NCBI GenBank assembly: GCA_965198235.1
Contig: OZ240248.1
Coordinates: 4,640,001 to 4,704,000 of the forward strand
Direction of reading: 5' to 3'
DNA from: Candidatus Poribacteria bacterium
GTDB lineage: Bacteria; Poribacteria; WGA-4E; WGA-3G
DNA length: 64,000 nucleotides
Shown: positions 29,889 to 40,245 of the stretch, in pieces
Position numbering within the stretch: the first letter of the stretch is position 1
Layout: every line of letters begins with the position of its first letter
Program-made: the position numbers and the translations under genes
The notes under the pieces: generated by a model
Told to the model about the DNA's origin: nothing
What the model saw: only the letters and a program-made list of their open reading frames with translations
The model's database searches: none

Positions 29889-30878
29889 TTATTTCAGTCC
29901 CGCTGCCCGCAATACCGTTTCTTGAACTGTGAACTCGTGGTCGAGGGAACGATCAGGGGATTTCTCACCACGGATATCAGCGACAAACGCTCGAAGGCTT
30001 TCGACGTAACGCGGTCGCCGTTCCACAGGCACTGTCTGCCAGCCTTTCGCATATCCGTCCCGCGCCTCGTCAAGACACAACCGCAACTCTGGGGGTTCAA
30101 GCGGCTCAAGAATTGCGCTACCGCGTGTCCCATAAACTTCCAATCGTCTTGATTTCCCCGAATCAACTTCCAACGCCGTTGACTCAAGAATCGCCAATGC
30201 GCTCGGATATTCAAGGACAGCCGCTGTATTGTTCCGATACCATGGCACATCATGTCCATCGTGTCTCGAAAAGGGTGTTACCCGTGTGGGTCGTCCTAAC
30301 AATGCCACGATAATATCGGTGAGATGACAGGCGAGAATAAACATAATGCCGCCCGAATGTTCACCGAGCGAATCCCAGCGTTGCCAATGGGCATCGCTTG
30401 AAGGTCCTGATGAGATTCTTGCCCGAACAGAAAAAATTTCACCGAGTTTGCCTGAGTTCACCCAATCAAGGATAAACTGAAAGCCGGCATTGTATCGGAA
30501 CATATAACCGAGTTGAACGAGCAGCCTCCTGTCTCGTGCAATGTCCAAAACCTCTCGAAATTCATCAAGATTATCACCCGCAGGTTTATCAAACCAAACA
30601 TGCTTGTTGTGTTCAAGAATCTCCCGTGCAAAGGTGAGATTCTGCGACACACGTCCCTGCGCCGCGACCCCAACGATTGTTTCGTCCTCGAGTATTTCTT
30701 CTTTGGACGTAAACCAGTGAACGCCTTCGTAGACCGGGCTTTGACCAAGGGTCTCTCGGACTTCTAATGATGGCTCAAAGACACCGGCGAAGTCAATGTC
30801 GTCACTTTCCTTCATCACGCTGGCTTTTCCCGAAGCGTGGTCGTGGGAAATACCGTATTGTGCGAGTCTCATTTTCAC
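29889..30878 (-). CDS. Gfo/Idh/MocA oxidoreductase
   Basis: HVWFDKP, GYMFRY and GG....ACHLTD motifs. Confidence 0.85.
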   Translation of the reverse strand: MKMRLAQYGISHDHASGKASVMKESDDIDFAGVFEPSLEVRETLGQSPVYEGVHWFTSKEEILEDETIVGVAAQGRVSQNLTFAREILEHNKHVWFDKPAGDNLDEFREVLDIARDRRLLVQLGYMFRYNAGFQFILDWVNSGKLGEIFSVRARISSGPSSDAHWQRWDSLGEHSGGIMFILACHLTDIIVALLGRPTRVTPFSRHDGHDVPWYRNNTAAVLEYPSALAILESTALEVDSGKSRRLEVYGTRGSAILEPLEPPELRLCLDEARDGYAKGWQTVPVERRPRYVESLRAFVADIRGEKSPDRSLDHEFTVQETVLRAAGLK

Positions 30879-31175
30879 GTCTTTTCTCCTTAGATAGTAT
30901 CATGCTTGAAACCTATGATTGCCAAAAACATCGGGTAAGGTCTAAGATAATTCTATCATATAATCCATATTGGCACATGTAAAAAGTGAGTGCGATTTTT
31001 GGGGACTTGTGCTAAACTCTAAAGTATGGAAGCTTTTTTTGATAAACGTCACAGTCCTCAATACCAGCGTACTTAACTGGAAACCTGCCCGAAATGAAAT
31101 TATGTTTCCTTAAATGGCATAATTTGTCTTTGCTTTATATTTGGAGGGCAGATCAGAGGCACATAATTAAAAAAG

Positions 31176-31454
31176 TTGAAAACCGAACCGATACAACTCC
31201 AGTTCTACACGAAACCGGATTGTCCGCTCTGCGACGAGGCAAAAACAGTGCTGCAGAGTATCGGAGAGAAGACATCATTTATTGCGGTAGAAGAGATTGA
31301 CATCACGAAGAATCTCGGACTATTCACGAAATATAAGCATCTGATTCCTGTGCTTGAGTTGGATGGACACAGGCTTTTTGTGCATCGCACCACCCGCTGG
31401 AAGTTAATCTGGCAGTTGCGATGGCATCGGTTTTGGAGGATTTTAGCGAATTAA
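31176..31454 (+). CDS. Glutaredoxin-like (DUF836) protein
   Basis: YTKPDCPLCD and IPVL motifs. Confidence 0.8.
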   Translation: MKTEPIQLQFYTKPDCPLCDEAKTVLQSIGEKTSFIAVEEIDITKNLGLFTKYKHLIPVLELDGHRLFVHRTTRWKLIWQLRWHRFWRILAN

Positions 31455-31486
31455 AACTTGCTGTAGGAAATAACAAGGAGGTAAGT

Positions 31487-33106
31487 ATGGCTTTTCCATC
31501 ATACGGTACAACACACCGATCCACTGTAACGGGTACACGCGGAATGGCGACAAGTGCGCATCCGCTTGCAAGCCTTGCTGGTGCACGCATGTTGCTCGCT
31601 GGCGGTAATGCGTTTGATGCAGCAGTCGCAGTGGCTTCGACACTCAATGTCGTTGAGCCTTATATGTCGGGTATCGCTGGCAACGGGTATATGTTGCTCT
31701 ATAGTGCGAAGGAAAAAACACACCGCGTGATAGACTATTTGGGCACCGCACCTTACGCCGCGACGCTGGATGTCTATCCAACACTCGAAAGCCAGCAGGT
31801 TGGCATTCGTGCGGGTATGGTCCCCGGTGGATGCGGTGGCTGGCTGGCACTCTTAGAGCACTATGGGAGTATGGATCACGCAGATGTCTTTACTCCGGCG
31901 ATTGAATTGGCAGAAAATGGATACGCCGTCACCGTCAAGAATGCGGAATTCATCGCAGGCGCGCTGCCTTATTTCTCTAAAAGGGCTGAAGAGGTTATCG
32001 CTTCGCGAGGGAGAACACCACACCCCGGCGAAGTTTTAGTGCAAAAGGATTTAGCCAACACATTCCGTCAAGTCGCTGAAGGCGGTGCGGAGACATTTTA
32101 TCGCGGCGACATCGCCAAAGAAATTGTCCGTTTTTCCGAAGAAACCGATGGACTGATTACCGAAAAGGATTTAGCTGACTTTGAGGTGGAATGGCAGGAA
32201 CCTATCTCCGTTACCTACAAAGATTATGAAGTCTACTGTCCACCGCCGCCGTGTTCAGGCTTTCAGTACTTAGAGACACTGAATATTTTGGAAAACGATG
32301 CCCTCGGTGAACTCGGACACAATACCCCGGAATACCTGCATCTGCTGATTGAAGCAATTAAGTTAGCGAGTACGGATAGAGCCGAGTATGCTCCACGCCC
32401 GAACCCGCCGATTGAACGCTTGTTATCTAAAGACTACGCACGTGCACAACGCGAACGCATTGGCGAACAAGCCGCAGTCAGCGGTGGTGAACGTTGGTCA
32501 AAGGACAAACTCCCCGGTGAAATTATCGCTGATGACTGGACAACCGAATGCACAACCCATTTTGACACCGCTGATGCAGAGGGCAATATTGTCGCCGTGA
32601 CACAGAGCCTTGGACAACCTTTTGGCTCAGGGGTGATTCTCGGTTCAACGGGGATGTTTCTCAACAATTTCATGAACTGGTTCGACAGAATTCCAGAGAG
32701 CCCGAACGCCGTTGGACCGCATAAACGGATAGAGATGTGCATGTCGCCGTGCCAAGTTTGGAAGGATGGAAATCCGTTCGCTGCGATTGGCACACCGGGC
32801 AGCCACGGCATCCTTCAAACGACACTACAGATGGTGTTGAATCTGATTGAACACGGGATGAATGTTCAGGCGGCGATTGAAGCACCGCGCGTTCGCGTGG
32901 TAAATCCGGGAACGCATGTCAGTATGGAGGGACGTATTCCTGCTGCTGTCCGTGCAGCGTTAGAGGCGCGCGGACATGAGGTAGAGGTGTTGCCTGACTG
33001 GACAGCCGCCGTGGGTGGAGGTCAAGGTATTGCCTTTGATTCCGAAGAAGGCAGTTTCATGGGGGGTGCTGATCCGCGGCGCGATGGGTATGCAATAGGT
33101 GTGTAA
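31487..33106 (+). CDS. ggt: Gamma-glutamyltransferase family protein
   Basis: GGNAFDAAVA, TTH, GTPG and ADPRRDG motifs; AAGGAGG RBS before ATG 31487. Confidence 0.9.
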   Translation: MAFPSYGTTHRSTVTGTRGMATSAHPLASLAGARMLLAGGNAFDAAVAVASTLNVVEPYMSGIAGNGYMLLYSAKEKTHRVIDYLGTAPYAATLDVYPTLESQQVGIRAGMVPGGCGGWLALLEHYGSMDHADVFTPAIELAENGYAVTVKNAEFIAGALPYFSKRAEEVIASRGRTPHPGEVLVQKDLANTFRQVAEGGAETFYRGDIAKEIVRFSEETDGLITEKDLADFEVEWQEPISVTYKDYEVYCPPPPCSGFQYLETLNILENDALGELGHNTPEYLHLLIEAIKLASTDRAEYAPRPNPPIERLLSKDYARAQRERIGEQAAVSGGERWSKDKLPGEIIADDWTTECTTHFDTADAEGNIVAVTQSLGQPFGSGVILGSTGMFLNNFMNWFDRIPESPNAVGPHKRIEMCMSPCQVWKDGNPFAAIGTPGSHGILQTTLQMVLNLIEHGMNVQAAIEAPRVRVVNPGTHVSMEGRIPAAVRAALEARGHEVEVLPDWTAAVGGGQGIAFDSEEGSFMGGADPRRDGYAIGV

Positions 33107-33175
33107 CCTGTAGCAATGCTACTTTCGTTTGGGAAATGTAAATTATTATGGATCTGCGCAAAAGTGAGGGTTTAA

Positions 33176-33625
33176 GTGGCTCATCCGAAACACATTGTTG
33201 CTGCCTCTGGATTGATAAGCCATCCCGACGGTAAAATTTTGGTCATACGGGGTCCGCGCCGTGGATGGGAATTTCCGGGTGGTCAGGTCGAAGAAGGTGA
33301 AAACCTTATTGAGGCGTTACAACGCGAAGTTCAAGAAGAGACCGGAGTCACTGCATCAATTGGACCGTTGGCTGGTGTCTACTCAAACATCAAGTCTCCT
33401 ACTAAAGTGGCGTTTGGTTTCTTAGGAAATTACGTCTGTGGTGAATTAAGTACGAGCGATGAAAGTTTAGAAACCGAGTGGGTTGCACGTGGTTCAGTTT
33501 TGCGACGTATATCACATCCTGTTATTTATGACAGAATGAAAGATATGCTCGATTTTTCGGGACGTGTCATTTATCGCGTTTACACCAATGACCCTTATCA
33601 GATTTGTGAGCAGTGTTTCCTGTGA
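33176..33625 (+). CDS. NUDIX hydrolase
   Basis: Nudix box GGQVEEGENLIEALQREVQEETG. Confidence 0.9.
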   Translation: MAHPKHIVAASGLISHPDGKILVIRGPRRGWEFPGGQVEEGENLIEALQREVQEETGVTASIGPLAGVYSNIKSPTKVAFGFLGNYVCGELSTSDESLETEWVARGSVLRRISHPVIYDRMKDMLDFSGRVIYRVYTNDPYQICEQCFL

Positions 33626-33712
33626 AATCAAGGCAGATTGGCTACTGAAATGTCCTTAACAAAATAATTTTTTGAATTTCATACCCATGATAAAGTTCTT
33701 TAAGGAGGAATT

Positions 33713-34762
33713 GTGAAAAGTTTTAATACCTTGAACAAATCCGTTTTTTTGGCATTGGGACTACTTGTAATCTGTGGTTGTGACGCGATTCAGGACGTAA
33801 TCCTTTCTGACCCATCAACTGAAACAGAGGTTACACCACTTCGCGTAACCATGATATACCCAAGCGATTGCATTGGCTCCGCGGCTTACTGTGATGCCTT
33901 CCATATTGGTGTAAAGGCTGCAGCGGAAGAACTTGGAATTGCGCTGACTGAAGTAAGCGGTATGGAAAACGATCCCGTAGCCACAGAGATGCTCCTAAGA
34001 GATGCAGCACAAAATTCAGAACTTGTTTTGACAGCAGGTTATCAAATGGGAGATGTGCTTGCTCGTGTAGCACCAGAATTTCCTGATGTCAAATTTGCGA
34101 TCTTTGATGTTGTGCTTGATATTCCAAACGTGGCTTCTGTGAACTATAAATCCAACGAAGGATCGTTTCTGGTCGGGGCAATTGCGGCTTTAAAATCGGA
34201 AAGTAACAAAATCGGCTATATCGGAGGTGCGGATGTCCCTCTATTACAAGAATTTGAAGCAGGCTATGTTGCTGGGGTTCACGCAGTCAATCCAGACGCG
34301 GAAGTTACTGTAGAATATATTAGCAAAGATGCAACAGGTTTCGGTCAACCTGAAAAAGCAAAAGAATTGGCTTTAGCACAATATGAACGCGGAATAGATG
34401 TGATTTACGTTGCTGCTGGCGGATCCGGCCAAGGAGTGCTCGAAGCCGCTCAAGAACAACAAAAGTTCATCATTTGGGTTGATTCCAATGGTAACCATCT
34501 TGCCCCTGGAATTGTCTTGACGAGTATGACAAAAGAGATTCCGGCTTCTGTGCAGCGCATCATCCGAGAAACCGCTGGGGGCAATTTTATGGCAGGTGTC
34601 CGATACTTCGGACTCGAAGATGGCGGTGTCAGTTATGCCATTGATGAACATAACCAATCCTTGCTTGCAGACAACCTCATAATGACCGTTGAATCGTTGA
34701 AGGCAAAGATCATTGCTGGCGAGATTGTCGTTCCCAACACAGTTTCGCTTCCGCGTGAATAG
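33713..34762 (+). CDS. BMP-family ABC substrate-binding lipoprotein
   Basis: Lipobox-like ICGC; EGSFLVGAIAA, IGYIGG and AAGGSG motifs. Confidence 0.88.
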   Translation: MKSFNTLNKSVFLALGLLVICGCDAIQDVILSDPSTETEVTPLRVTMIYPSDCIGSAAYCDAFHIGVKAAAEELGIALTEVSGMENDPVATEMLLRDAAQNSELVLTAGYQMGDVLARVAPEFPDVKFAIFDVVLDIPNVASVNYKSNEGSFLVGAIAALKSESNKIGYIGGADVPLLQEFEAGYVAGVHAVNPDAEVTVEYISKDATGFGQPEKAKELALAQYERGIDVIYVAAGGSGQGVLEAAQEQQKFIIWVDSNGNHLAPGIVLTSMTKEIPASVQRIIRETAGGNFMAGVRYFGLEDGGVSYAIDEHNQSLLADNLIMTVESLKAKIIAGEIVVPNTVSLPRE

Positions 34763-34812
34763 TCCTTGTGGTGACATTCTGTCTTTGTATTCCTACAAAA
34801 TTGGAGAATTTT

Positions 34813-35193
34813 ATGCTTAATCAATACCCGTACCCGGAGTCCGAAGGTAGACGGGGTATCGTGATTGGAATTTTGGTCAGCTTGATTACTTGTGGTATCT
34901 ATGGACTTTACTGGCAATACAAGCAGATGGCAACACTTAATGCTTGGTTGAAGCGGGATGAGTACTCTTTTTGGCTCTGGTTTTTTCTTTCGATTATTAC
35001 TTTCGGCATCTTCGGTATCTATTATGAGTACAAGATGGCAAATGGTATCAATAAAGTTCAGGCTGATAATGATTTGGTATTTGATTCAAACTTGCCTATC
35101 ATCTGTGTTGTGTTAGCAATTGTCGGTATTGGTGTTGCTTCACTCGCTATTCAACAGCACCAGATTAACAGACTCTACGGACGAACTCCTTAA
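34813..35193 (+). CDS. DUF4234 membrane protein
   Basis: SLITCGIYGLYW and SIITFGIFGIYY motifs. Confidence 0.75.
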   Translation: MLNQYPYPESEGRRGIVIGILVSLITCGIYGLYWQYKQMATLNAWLKRDEYSFWLWFFLSIITFGIFGIYYEYKMANGINKVQADNDLVFDSNLPIICVVLAIVGIGVASLAIQQHQINRLYGRTP

Positions 35194-35567
35194 TGTTTAA
35201 CCATGTATTTCTCGCCCGTCTCTTTCTTATCGGATTGGGTGTAGTAGGGGTTTACACTACAATTTCAGAAATACCACCAGCAGAGGTTTCATTGATTCCG
35301 TGTATACTTCATTTAGTAACCGATATTCCATGTCCTGGGTGTGGAATGACGCGGGCGTGCCTTGCTTTAACACACGGACATTTCGCAGACGCTTGGCGTT
35401 ACCATCCGTTTTCTTATTTAATTATTGGATTGGCTATCGGGTCGGCATTCTTTCCGATGTGGTTAAAAAACGCTTGGACCCGTTATTCACCGGTCACTCA
35501 AAATACGATTGCCATCGGTGGAATTGCGCTATGTCTCTCCATTTGGGTTTATAAATTGTGGGCATAA
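35193..35567 (+). CDS. DUF2752 membrane protein
   Basis: PCPGCGMTRA...GHF..AW.YHP motif. Confidence 0.85.
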   Translation: MFNHVFLARLFLIGLGVVGVYTTISEIPPAEVSLIPCILHLVTDIPCPGCGMTRACLALTHGHFADAWRYHPFSYLIIGLAIGSAFFPMWLKNAWTRYSPVTQNTIAIGGIALCLSIWVYKLWA

Positions 35568-35698
35568 AAGCGAAGTCCCTCCACTACCAGTCACAAGCGG
35601 TTCTGTAGTAGCAGATGAATCTCTTCAGTTCCGCAAATGTACATAGCGACGAAGGTCTATGGAAAACTGTGGTAGATCGAATTATAAAGAGCGAAGTC

Positions 35699-36640
35699 TT
35701 AGTGCCCCCTCAGGATAGTCCCCTTCGCACCGACAATCCACCCCGCATTTTTCTGGAGATAGATATCCTGCAAGTTGTGTTGAGCCGGGGTAGGATAACG
35801 GTTCCATGTGTTGCCACTATCGGTTGTGTGAAGGATTAACCCTTTTTCGCCGACTGCCCACCCGCGTTTTTCGTCACGAAATGCCACGTCCCGTAGGTTT
35901 AGATTTACAGGCGTTTTTTGCCGAATCCACGTTATTCCACCATCAGTGGTATGGAGAATCAAGCCGTTTGTCCCGACAATCCATCCATACGTCAGATTTG
36001 CGAAATGGACAGCGAATAAAGGCTGCTCGGCGTTACTTCTCTGTTGAACCCACCGTTTTCCGCCATCTTGGGTATGCAGGACTTCACCCTCTTCCCCAAC
36101 AATCCATCCGTGTGCTGGATCGACAAAATACACACCCCATAAATGTTTATCTGACAGACCTCTTTGGCTCTCCCAACGACCCCCACCATTCTCTGTTTTG
36201 AGCACTGTCCCTTTTCCGCCAACTGCCCAGCCTTCTGTCGTACTAACGAAATGCAGGTCCAAGATTCCTGGTGATGTCTTGCTCTCACCGCGTGCTTGGT
36301 GTTGCAAGTTCCATGAAGCACCACCGCTGCCCGTATAGTGCACCTGTCCAATGCTGACGGTCCAGCCGTTGTTTGGGGTCGCGAAATTAACTTGCGTCAG
36401 TGTGTCTTTCGAGATCAAAGTCGCTTTCCAAGAGGCTCCACTGTCAACCGTAGATAGTACTGTTCCACCCGTACCGACTGCCCATCCGCGTTTCGTATCT
36501 ATAAAATGGATGCCGTAAAGATGTTCACCCGTCCCGCTTTCAAGTTGTCGCCACTCAAATTGCACCGTATCTTGGGAGCAACCGAGGCACACAAGACTTC
36601 CACACAAAATCATGAGCGCGATGTAGTTTTTATTCTGCAT
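35699..36640 (-). CDS. YCF48/BNR-repeat beta-propeller lipoprotein
   Basis: LGC lipobox; repeated GW.VG..G.ILHTTDGG..W. Confidence 0.85.
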   Translation of the reverse strand: MQNKNYIALMILCGSLVCLGCSQDTVQFEWRQLESGTGEHLYGIHFIDTKRGWAVGTGGTVLSTVDSGASWKATLISKDTLTQVNFATPNNGWTVSIGQVHYTGSGGASWNLQHQARGESKTSPGILDLHFVSTTEGWAVGGKGTVLKTENGGGRWESQRGLSDKHLWGVYFVDPAHGWIVGEEGEVLHTQDGGKRWVQQRSNAEQPLFAVHFANLTYGWIVGTNGLILHTTDGGITWIRQKTPVNLNLRDVAFRDEKRGWAVGEKGLILHTTDSGNTWNRYPTPAQHNLQDIYLQKNAGWIVGAKGTILRGH

Positions 36641-36923
36641 TTCAGGTCCCCTTTTCCGAACAAAATTTTATTGCATCTGTTTTTTGAATCGTGGTAGACT
36701 ATACTATTATAAGGAATCTGTGGCGAGTTGTCAAGCTCTTACAGAAGTACCACTTTTAGACTTGAACCCATGATTTGACAAAAAGTAAAAAATATATAAT
36801 GACTCTGGCAGTTATGGAGGTTCGACTTAGCACCCGCGACACCTTGTCGCAGTACCACACTATTCTCTGTGACAAACGAATCAAGACTGGCATAACTGGC
36901 AAACAACTAAAGGAAATACGAAA

Positions 36924-37118
36924 ATGAATCAAGACAAATTTGAAGAAATGGTGGTGTCCACATTAGAGAGCGTACGCGCCGACCTTTCCAATATCAAGTC
37001 CGACATCTCATGGGTCAAAGGGAAGCTAGAGGGCCGAGCGGAGACACGTCATGTTATCCTAACAGCGATTTCTATTATCGTTGCTATCTGCGCTGTTGTC
37101 ATCGCTATTTTGAAATAA
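36924..37118 (+). CDS. Small coiled-coil protein with a C-terminal TM helix
   Basis: AAGGA RBS; heptad region followed by a hydrophobic tail. Confidence 0.6.
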   Translation: MNQDKFEEMVVSTLESVRADLSNIKSDISWVKGKLEGRAETRHVILTAISIIVAICAVVIAILK

Positions 37119-37161
37119 GAGCGAAGGCGGCAAGTGGAGATCCGAAAGACCTTAGCATATT

Positions 37162-38067
37162 ATGTACATCATCGGAATTGATGGCGGCGGAACGAAAACA
37201 ATTGGTATTCTGGCAACAGGAACGGGGCAACACCTTGCACAAGTGCAATCGGGACCCGCAAACTACCACGTCGTTGGCGAGGCAAGAACGCAGGCAGTTT
37301 TAGAAGACATCGTCGGGGAGCTCTATGAAAAAGCAGGCGTTCCATCAGGAAATTCTGTCCGGTTCTGCTTGGGTATGGCTGGTTTGGGACGCTCCGCAGA
37401 CCGAGAAGTGATTGGACGAATTTGTGATGAACTCGGCATCTGCCAAAATCGGGTCTTGACCCACGATGCACATATCGCTCTCGTTGGTGGCACGGAGAAA
37501 CAGGAAGGTGTAATTGTCATCTCTGGAACCGGTGCGATTGTCTACGGCATCAATGCCGATGGCAGAGAAGCACGCGCGAGCGGATGGGGATACCTACTTG
37601 GAGACGAAGGGAGCGGTTACGATATTGCTATAAAAGGACTCCAAGCCGTTACTCGTGCTGCTGATGGCAGAGGCGATCGAACCGAATTGACAGATCGAAT
37701 CCTCAATAGACTTGAACTCAACGAACCACCTGAACTGATTCGCTGGGCGCACGCCGCGAGTCGAGATACGATTGCCCAGTTGACAGAGGTAGTGTTTGAT
37801 ACTGCCCGAACAACAGACGCGGTCGCAGGATGCATTGTTGATGAGGCGACTGATGAACTCGCTTGTGCCGCAGTCAGCGTAATTGAACAGTTGAAATTCA
37901 CAGAGCCGTTTGATATTGTTCTCAGTGGTGGCAATCTCATCCATCAAACGATGTTCGCCGACAAACTCCGCCACCGGTTTGCAAGGATTCAACCAGAGGC
38001 ATCGGTGCAACTTCCAAAACATGAGCCCGCGTATGGTGCTGTGTTGTTAGCACAAGCGAGTTTGTAG
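37162..38067 (+). CDS. BadF/BadG-type N-acetylglucosamine/MurNAc kinase
   Basis: GIDGGGTKT, ISGTG and GWGYLLGDEGSG motifs; adjacent to murQ. Confidence 0.88.
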   Translation: MYIIGIDGGGTKTIGILATGTGQHLAQVQSGPANYHVVGEARTQAVLEDIVGELYEKAGVPSGNSVRFCLGMAGLGRSADREVIGRICDELGICQNRVLTHDAHIALVGGTEKQEGVIVISGTGAIVYGINADGREARASGWGYLLGDEGSGYDIAIKGLQAVTRAADGRGDRTELTDRILNRLELNEPPELIRWAHAASRDTIAQLTEVVFDTARTTDAVAGCIVDEATDELACAAVSVIEQLKFTEPFDIVLSGGNLIHQTMFADKLRHRFARIQPEASVQLPKHEPAYGAVLLAQASL

Positions 38068-38073
38068 ACGGAA

Positions 38074-38979
38074 ATGATCACCAGCAAAGGATGCATGCAG
38101 TCCACAACGGAACAGCAAAATCTGACTTCTGTTGACATCGATCTGAAGTCAACATCAGAAATCGTCCGGATTTTTCACGAAGAAGATCGGAAAGCGATTA
38201 AGGCAGTAGAAGCAGAATCCGAAGCGATTGCACACGCTATTGAATTATGCGTTGCTGCATTTCGCGCCGGTGGCAGACTGTTTTATGTCGGCGCGGGTAC
38301 GAGTGGTAGACTTGGGGTGTTGGATGCCTCCGAATGTCCACCGACTTTTAGTACGTCCCCAGAGATGGTCCAAGGGATAATTGCTGGTGGGGACGTTGCC
38401 TTACGTCGCTCGGTGGAAGGTGAAGAGGATAAGCTTGAAAGTGGTGCGCTCGCTGTCCGGGAGCGACAACTCACATCACAAGATGTGCTCGTCGGCATCG
38501 CAAGCAGTGGACGGACGCCTTATGTTATAGGGGCTTTGAGGGAGGCGCGTGCTATTGGTGCGACAACAATATTTCTCTGCTGCGTTCCACCTCCTGAGCA
38601 ATTAAAAGGATGGGTGACGCATTTCATCACACCCATTGTCGGACCGGAGATTATCACCGGCTCAACCCGATTGAAAGCGGGAACAGCCACAAAGTTGGTT
38701 CTGAACATGTTGACGACTGCTTCTATGATCAAACTGGGTAAGGTCTACAATAATCTGATGGTAGACGTACACGCCTCTAACACGAAACTGGTCGCGCGGA
38801 GCATCCGAATTGTCCAAGCCGTCACTGGGGTTGATGCTGTGGTGGCTGAGGAAGCGTTAGCACGGGCAGGCGGTCGTGCTAAACTCGCTATTGTAATGCT
38901 CGCGAAAGGACTGAATCCGACGGACGCGAATACACTATTAGATGAACATGAGGGATTTCTAAGGCAAATTCTTCAGTAA
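38074..38979 (+). CDS. murQ: N-acetylmuramic acid 6-phosphate etherase
   Basis: GAGTSGRLGVLDASECPPTF, GSTRLKAGTATK and NLMVD motifs. Confidence 0.95.
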   Translation: MITSKGCMQSTTEQQNLTSVDIDLKSTSEIVRIFHEEDRKAIKAVEAESEAIAHAIELCVAAFRAGGRLFYVGAGTSGRLGVLDASECPPTFSTSPEMVQGIIAGGDVALRRSVEGEEDKLESGALAVRERQLTSQDVLVGIASSGRTPYVIGALREARAIGATTIFLCCVPPPEQLKGWVTHFITPIVGPEIITGSTRLKAGTATKLVLNMLTTASMIKLGKVYNNLMVDVHASNTKLVARSIRIVQAVTGVDAVVAEEALARAGGRAKLAIVMLAKGLNPTDANTLLDEHEGFLRQILQ

Positions 38980-39180
38980 CTCCACGCTAAAGCGTGGAGA
39001 TTGTAGAATATCCCGAGCCAACGGGGGACCCTGCAACGCGAGATGCTGAATACACGCACATATCGCGGACCTTGTGGTGGCACACAACAAGACGGTACTA
39101 GGTGCTCCCCAAGCCTGTATCCTCTCTGGTTCCGTGATGTGGATGGGGCAACATACAACCCGAAAGGGGATTTACTAACT
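38972..39180 (+). ncRNA. omegaRNA (HEARO-like) of IsrB element 2
   Basis: TTCAGTA pairs with TGCTGAA; CTCCACGC-TAAA-GCGTGGAG end hairpin; conserved blocks shared with 8913-9122. Confidence 0.85.
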
Positions 39181-40245
39181 ATGTTAGTTCCAGTAAAAAC
39201 GAAAGACAGTGAAAAGTTAATGCCAACCACTCCTGAAAGGGCGGCTATGATGATTAAGTGTGGCGATGCTACGCCTTACTGGAGTAATGGTATATTTTGT
39301 ATAAGACTCAATGTAGAACCCTCTGGAAGATACAAACAGGATATAGCAGTAGGCGTAGATCCTGGCAGTAAGAAGGAAGGTTTTACAGTTAAGAGTGAGT
39401 CTCATACTTACCTGAATGTGCAAGTAGATGCCCACAACAAAATCGGTAAGAAAATCAAGAATAGGCGGGAACTACGCAGAGGTAGAAGGGCGCGTAAGTG
39501 TCCTAATAGAAAGAACCGCATGAACCGCTTAGCCAACAAGCATCGTATACCAGCAGGCACACGCGCAAGATGGGATTGGAAACTACGCATATTAGATTGG
39601 TTGGCTAAGATATATCCAGTCACGCATGTATGTGTAGAAAATATCAAGGCACACACTAAGCAGTATCAAAAGCGTTGGAATCAATCGTTTAGCCCGCTAG
39701 AAGTCGGTAAAGAGTGGTTCTATAGCGAAATCTGCAAAAAGTGGAAATTGTTCACGCTGCAAGGGCACGAGACCAAAGAACTGCGCGATAGATTAGGTCT
39801 CAAAAAGTCATCTAACAAAGTCGCAGAGACGTTTGACGCACATTGTGTAGATAGTTGGGTGTTGGCATATCATACTATTGGCGGTGATCCTATAGTAGAC
39901 AACACCGATATATTTTGTATTTTACCATTCCAAGTAAAGCGTCGTACGTTGCATAGACAACTGCCACAGAAAGGTGGTAAGAGACCAAGATTTGGTGGAA
40001 CAAGATGCCTTGGACTGAGTAAAAACACATTGGTTAAACATCTTAAACACGGATTAGCAGTGATATGCGGACACCAACAAGGTGGATTTTCCTTGCAACC
40101 TATTCAAGGTGGAAAACGTGTTGCATTAACAGCAAAACGCACTGATTTTAAGGTATTAAAGAAACTGAATTTCCGATACAAAACTGTAAGTCAAGTAATA
40201 TCTATACAACAGAAAGATATTGCGTTACAGCTAACATTATTTTAG
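39181..40245 (+). CDS. isrB: IsrB OMEGA nickase, 354 aa
   Basis: KLMPT, GVDPGSK, RRELRRGRRAR, CVEN, HCVD; no HNH. Clear paralogue of 7887-8912. The longer ORF from 39043 reads through the omegaRNA. Confidence 0.88.
   Translation: MLVPVKTKDSEKLMPTTPERAAMMIKCGDATPYWSNGIFCIRLNVEPSGRYKQDIAVGVDPGSKKEGFTVKSESHTYLNVQVDAHNKIGKKIKNRRELRRGRRARKCPNRKNRMNRLANKHRIPAGTRARWDWKLRILDWLAKIYPVTHVCVENIKAHTKQYQKRWNQSFSPLEVGKEWFYSEICKKWKLFTLQGHETKELRDRLGLKKSSNKVAETFDAHCVDSWVLAYHTIGGDPIVDNTDIFCILPFQVKRRTLHRQLPQKGGKRPRFGGTRCLGLSKNTLVKHLKHGLAVICGHQQGGFSLQPIQGGKRVALTAKRTDFKVLKKLNFRYKTVSQVISIQQKDIALQLTLF

Noticed and set aside
35699-36640. Photosystem II assembly function
   Set aside because: YCF48/BNR repeats are generic and there are no photosynthesis genes nearby.
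39043-39180. N-terminal extension of IsrB 2
   Set aside because: It is omegaRNA sequence; the paralogue aligns from ATG 39181.
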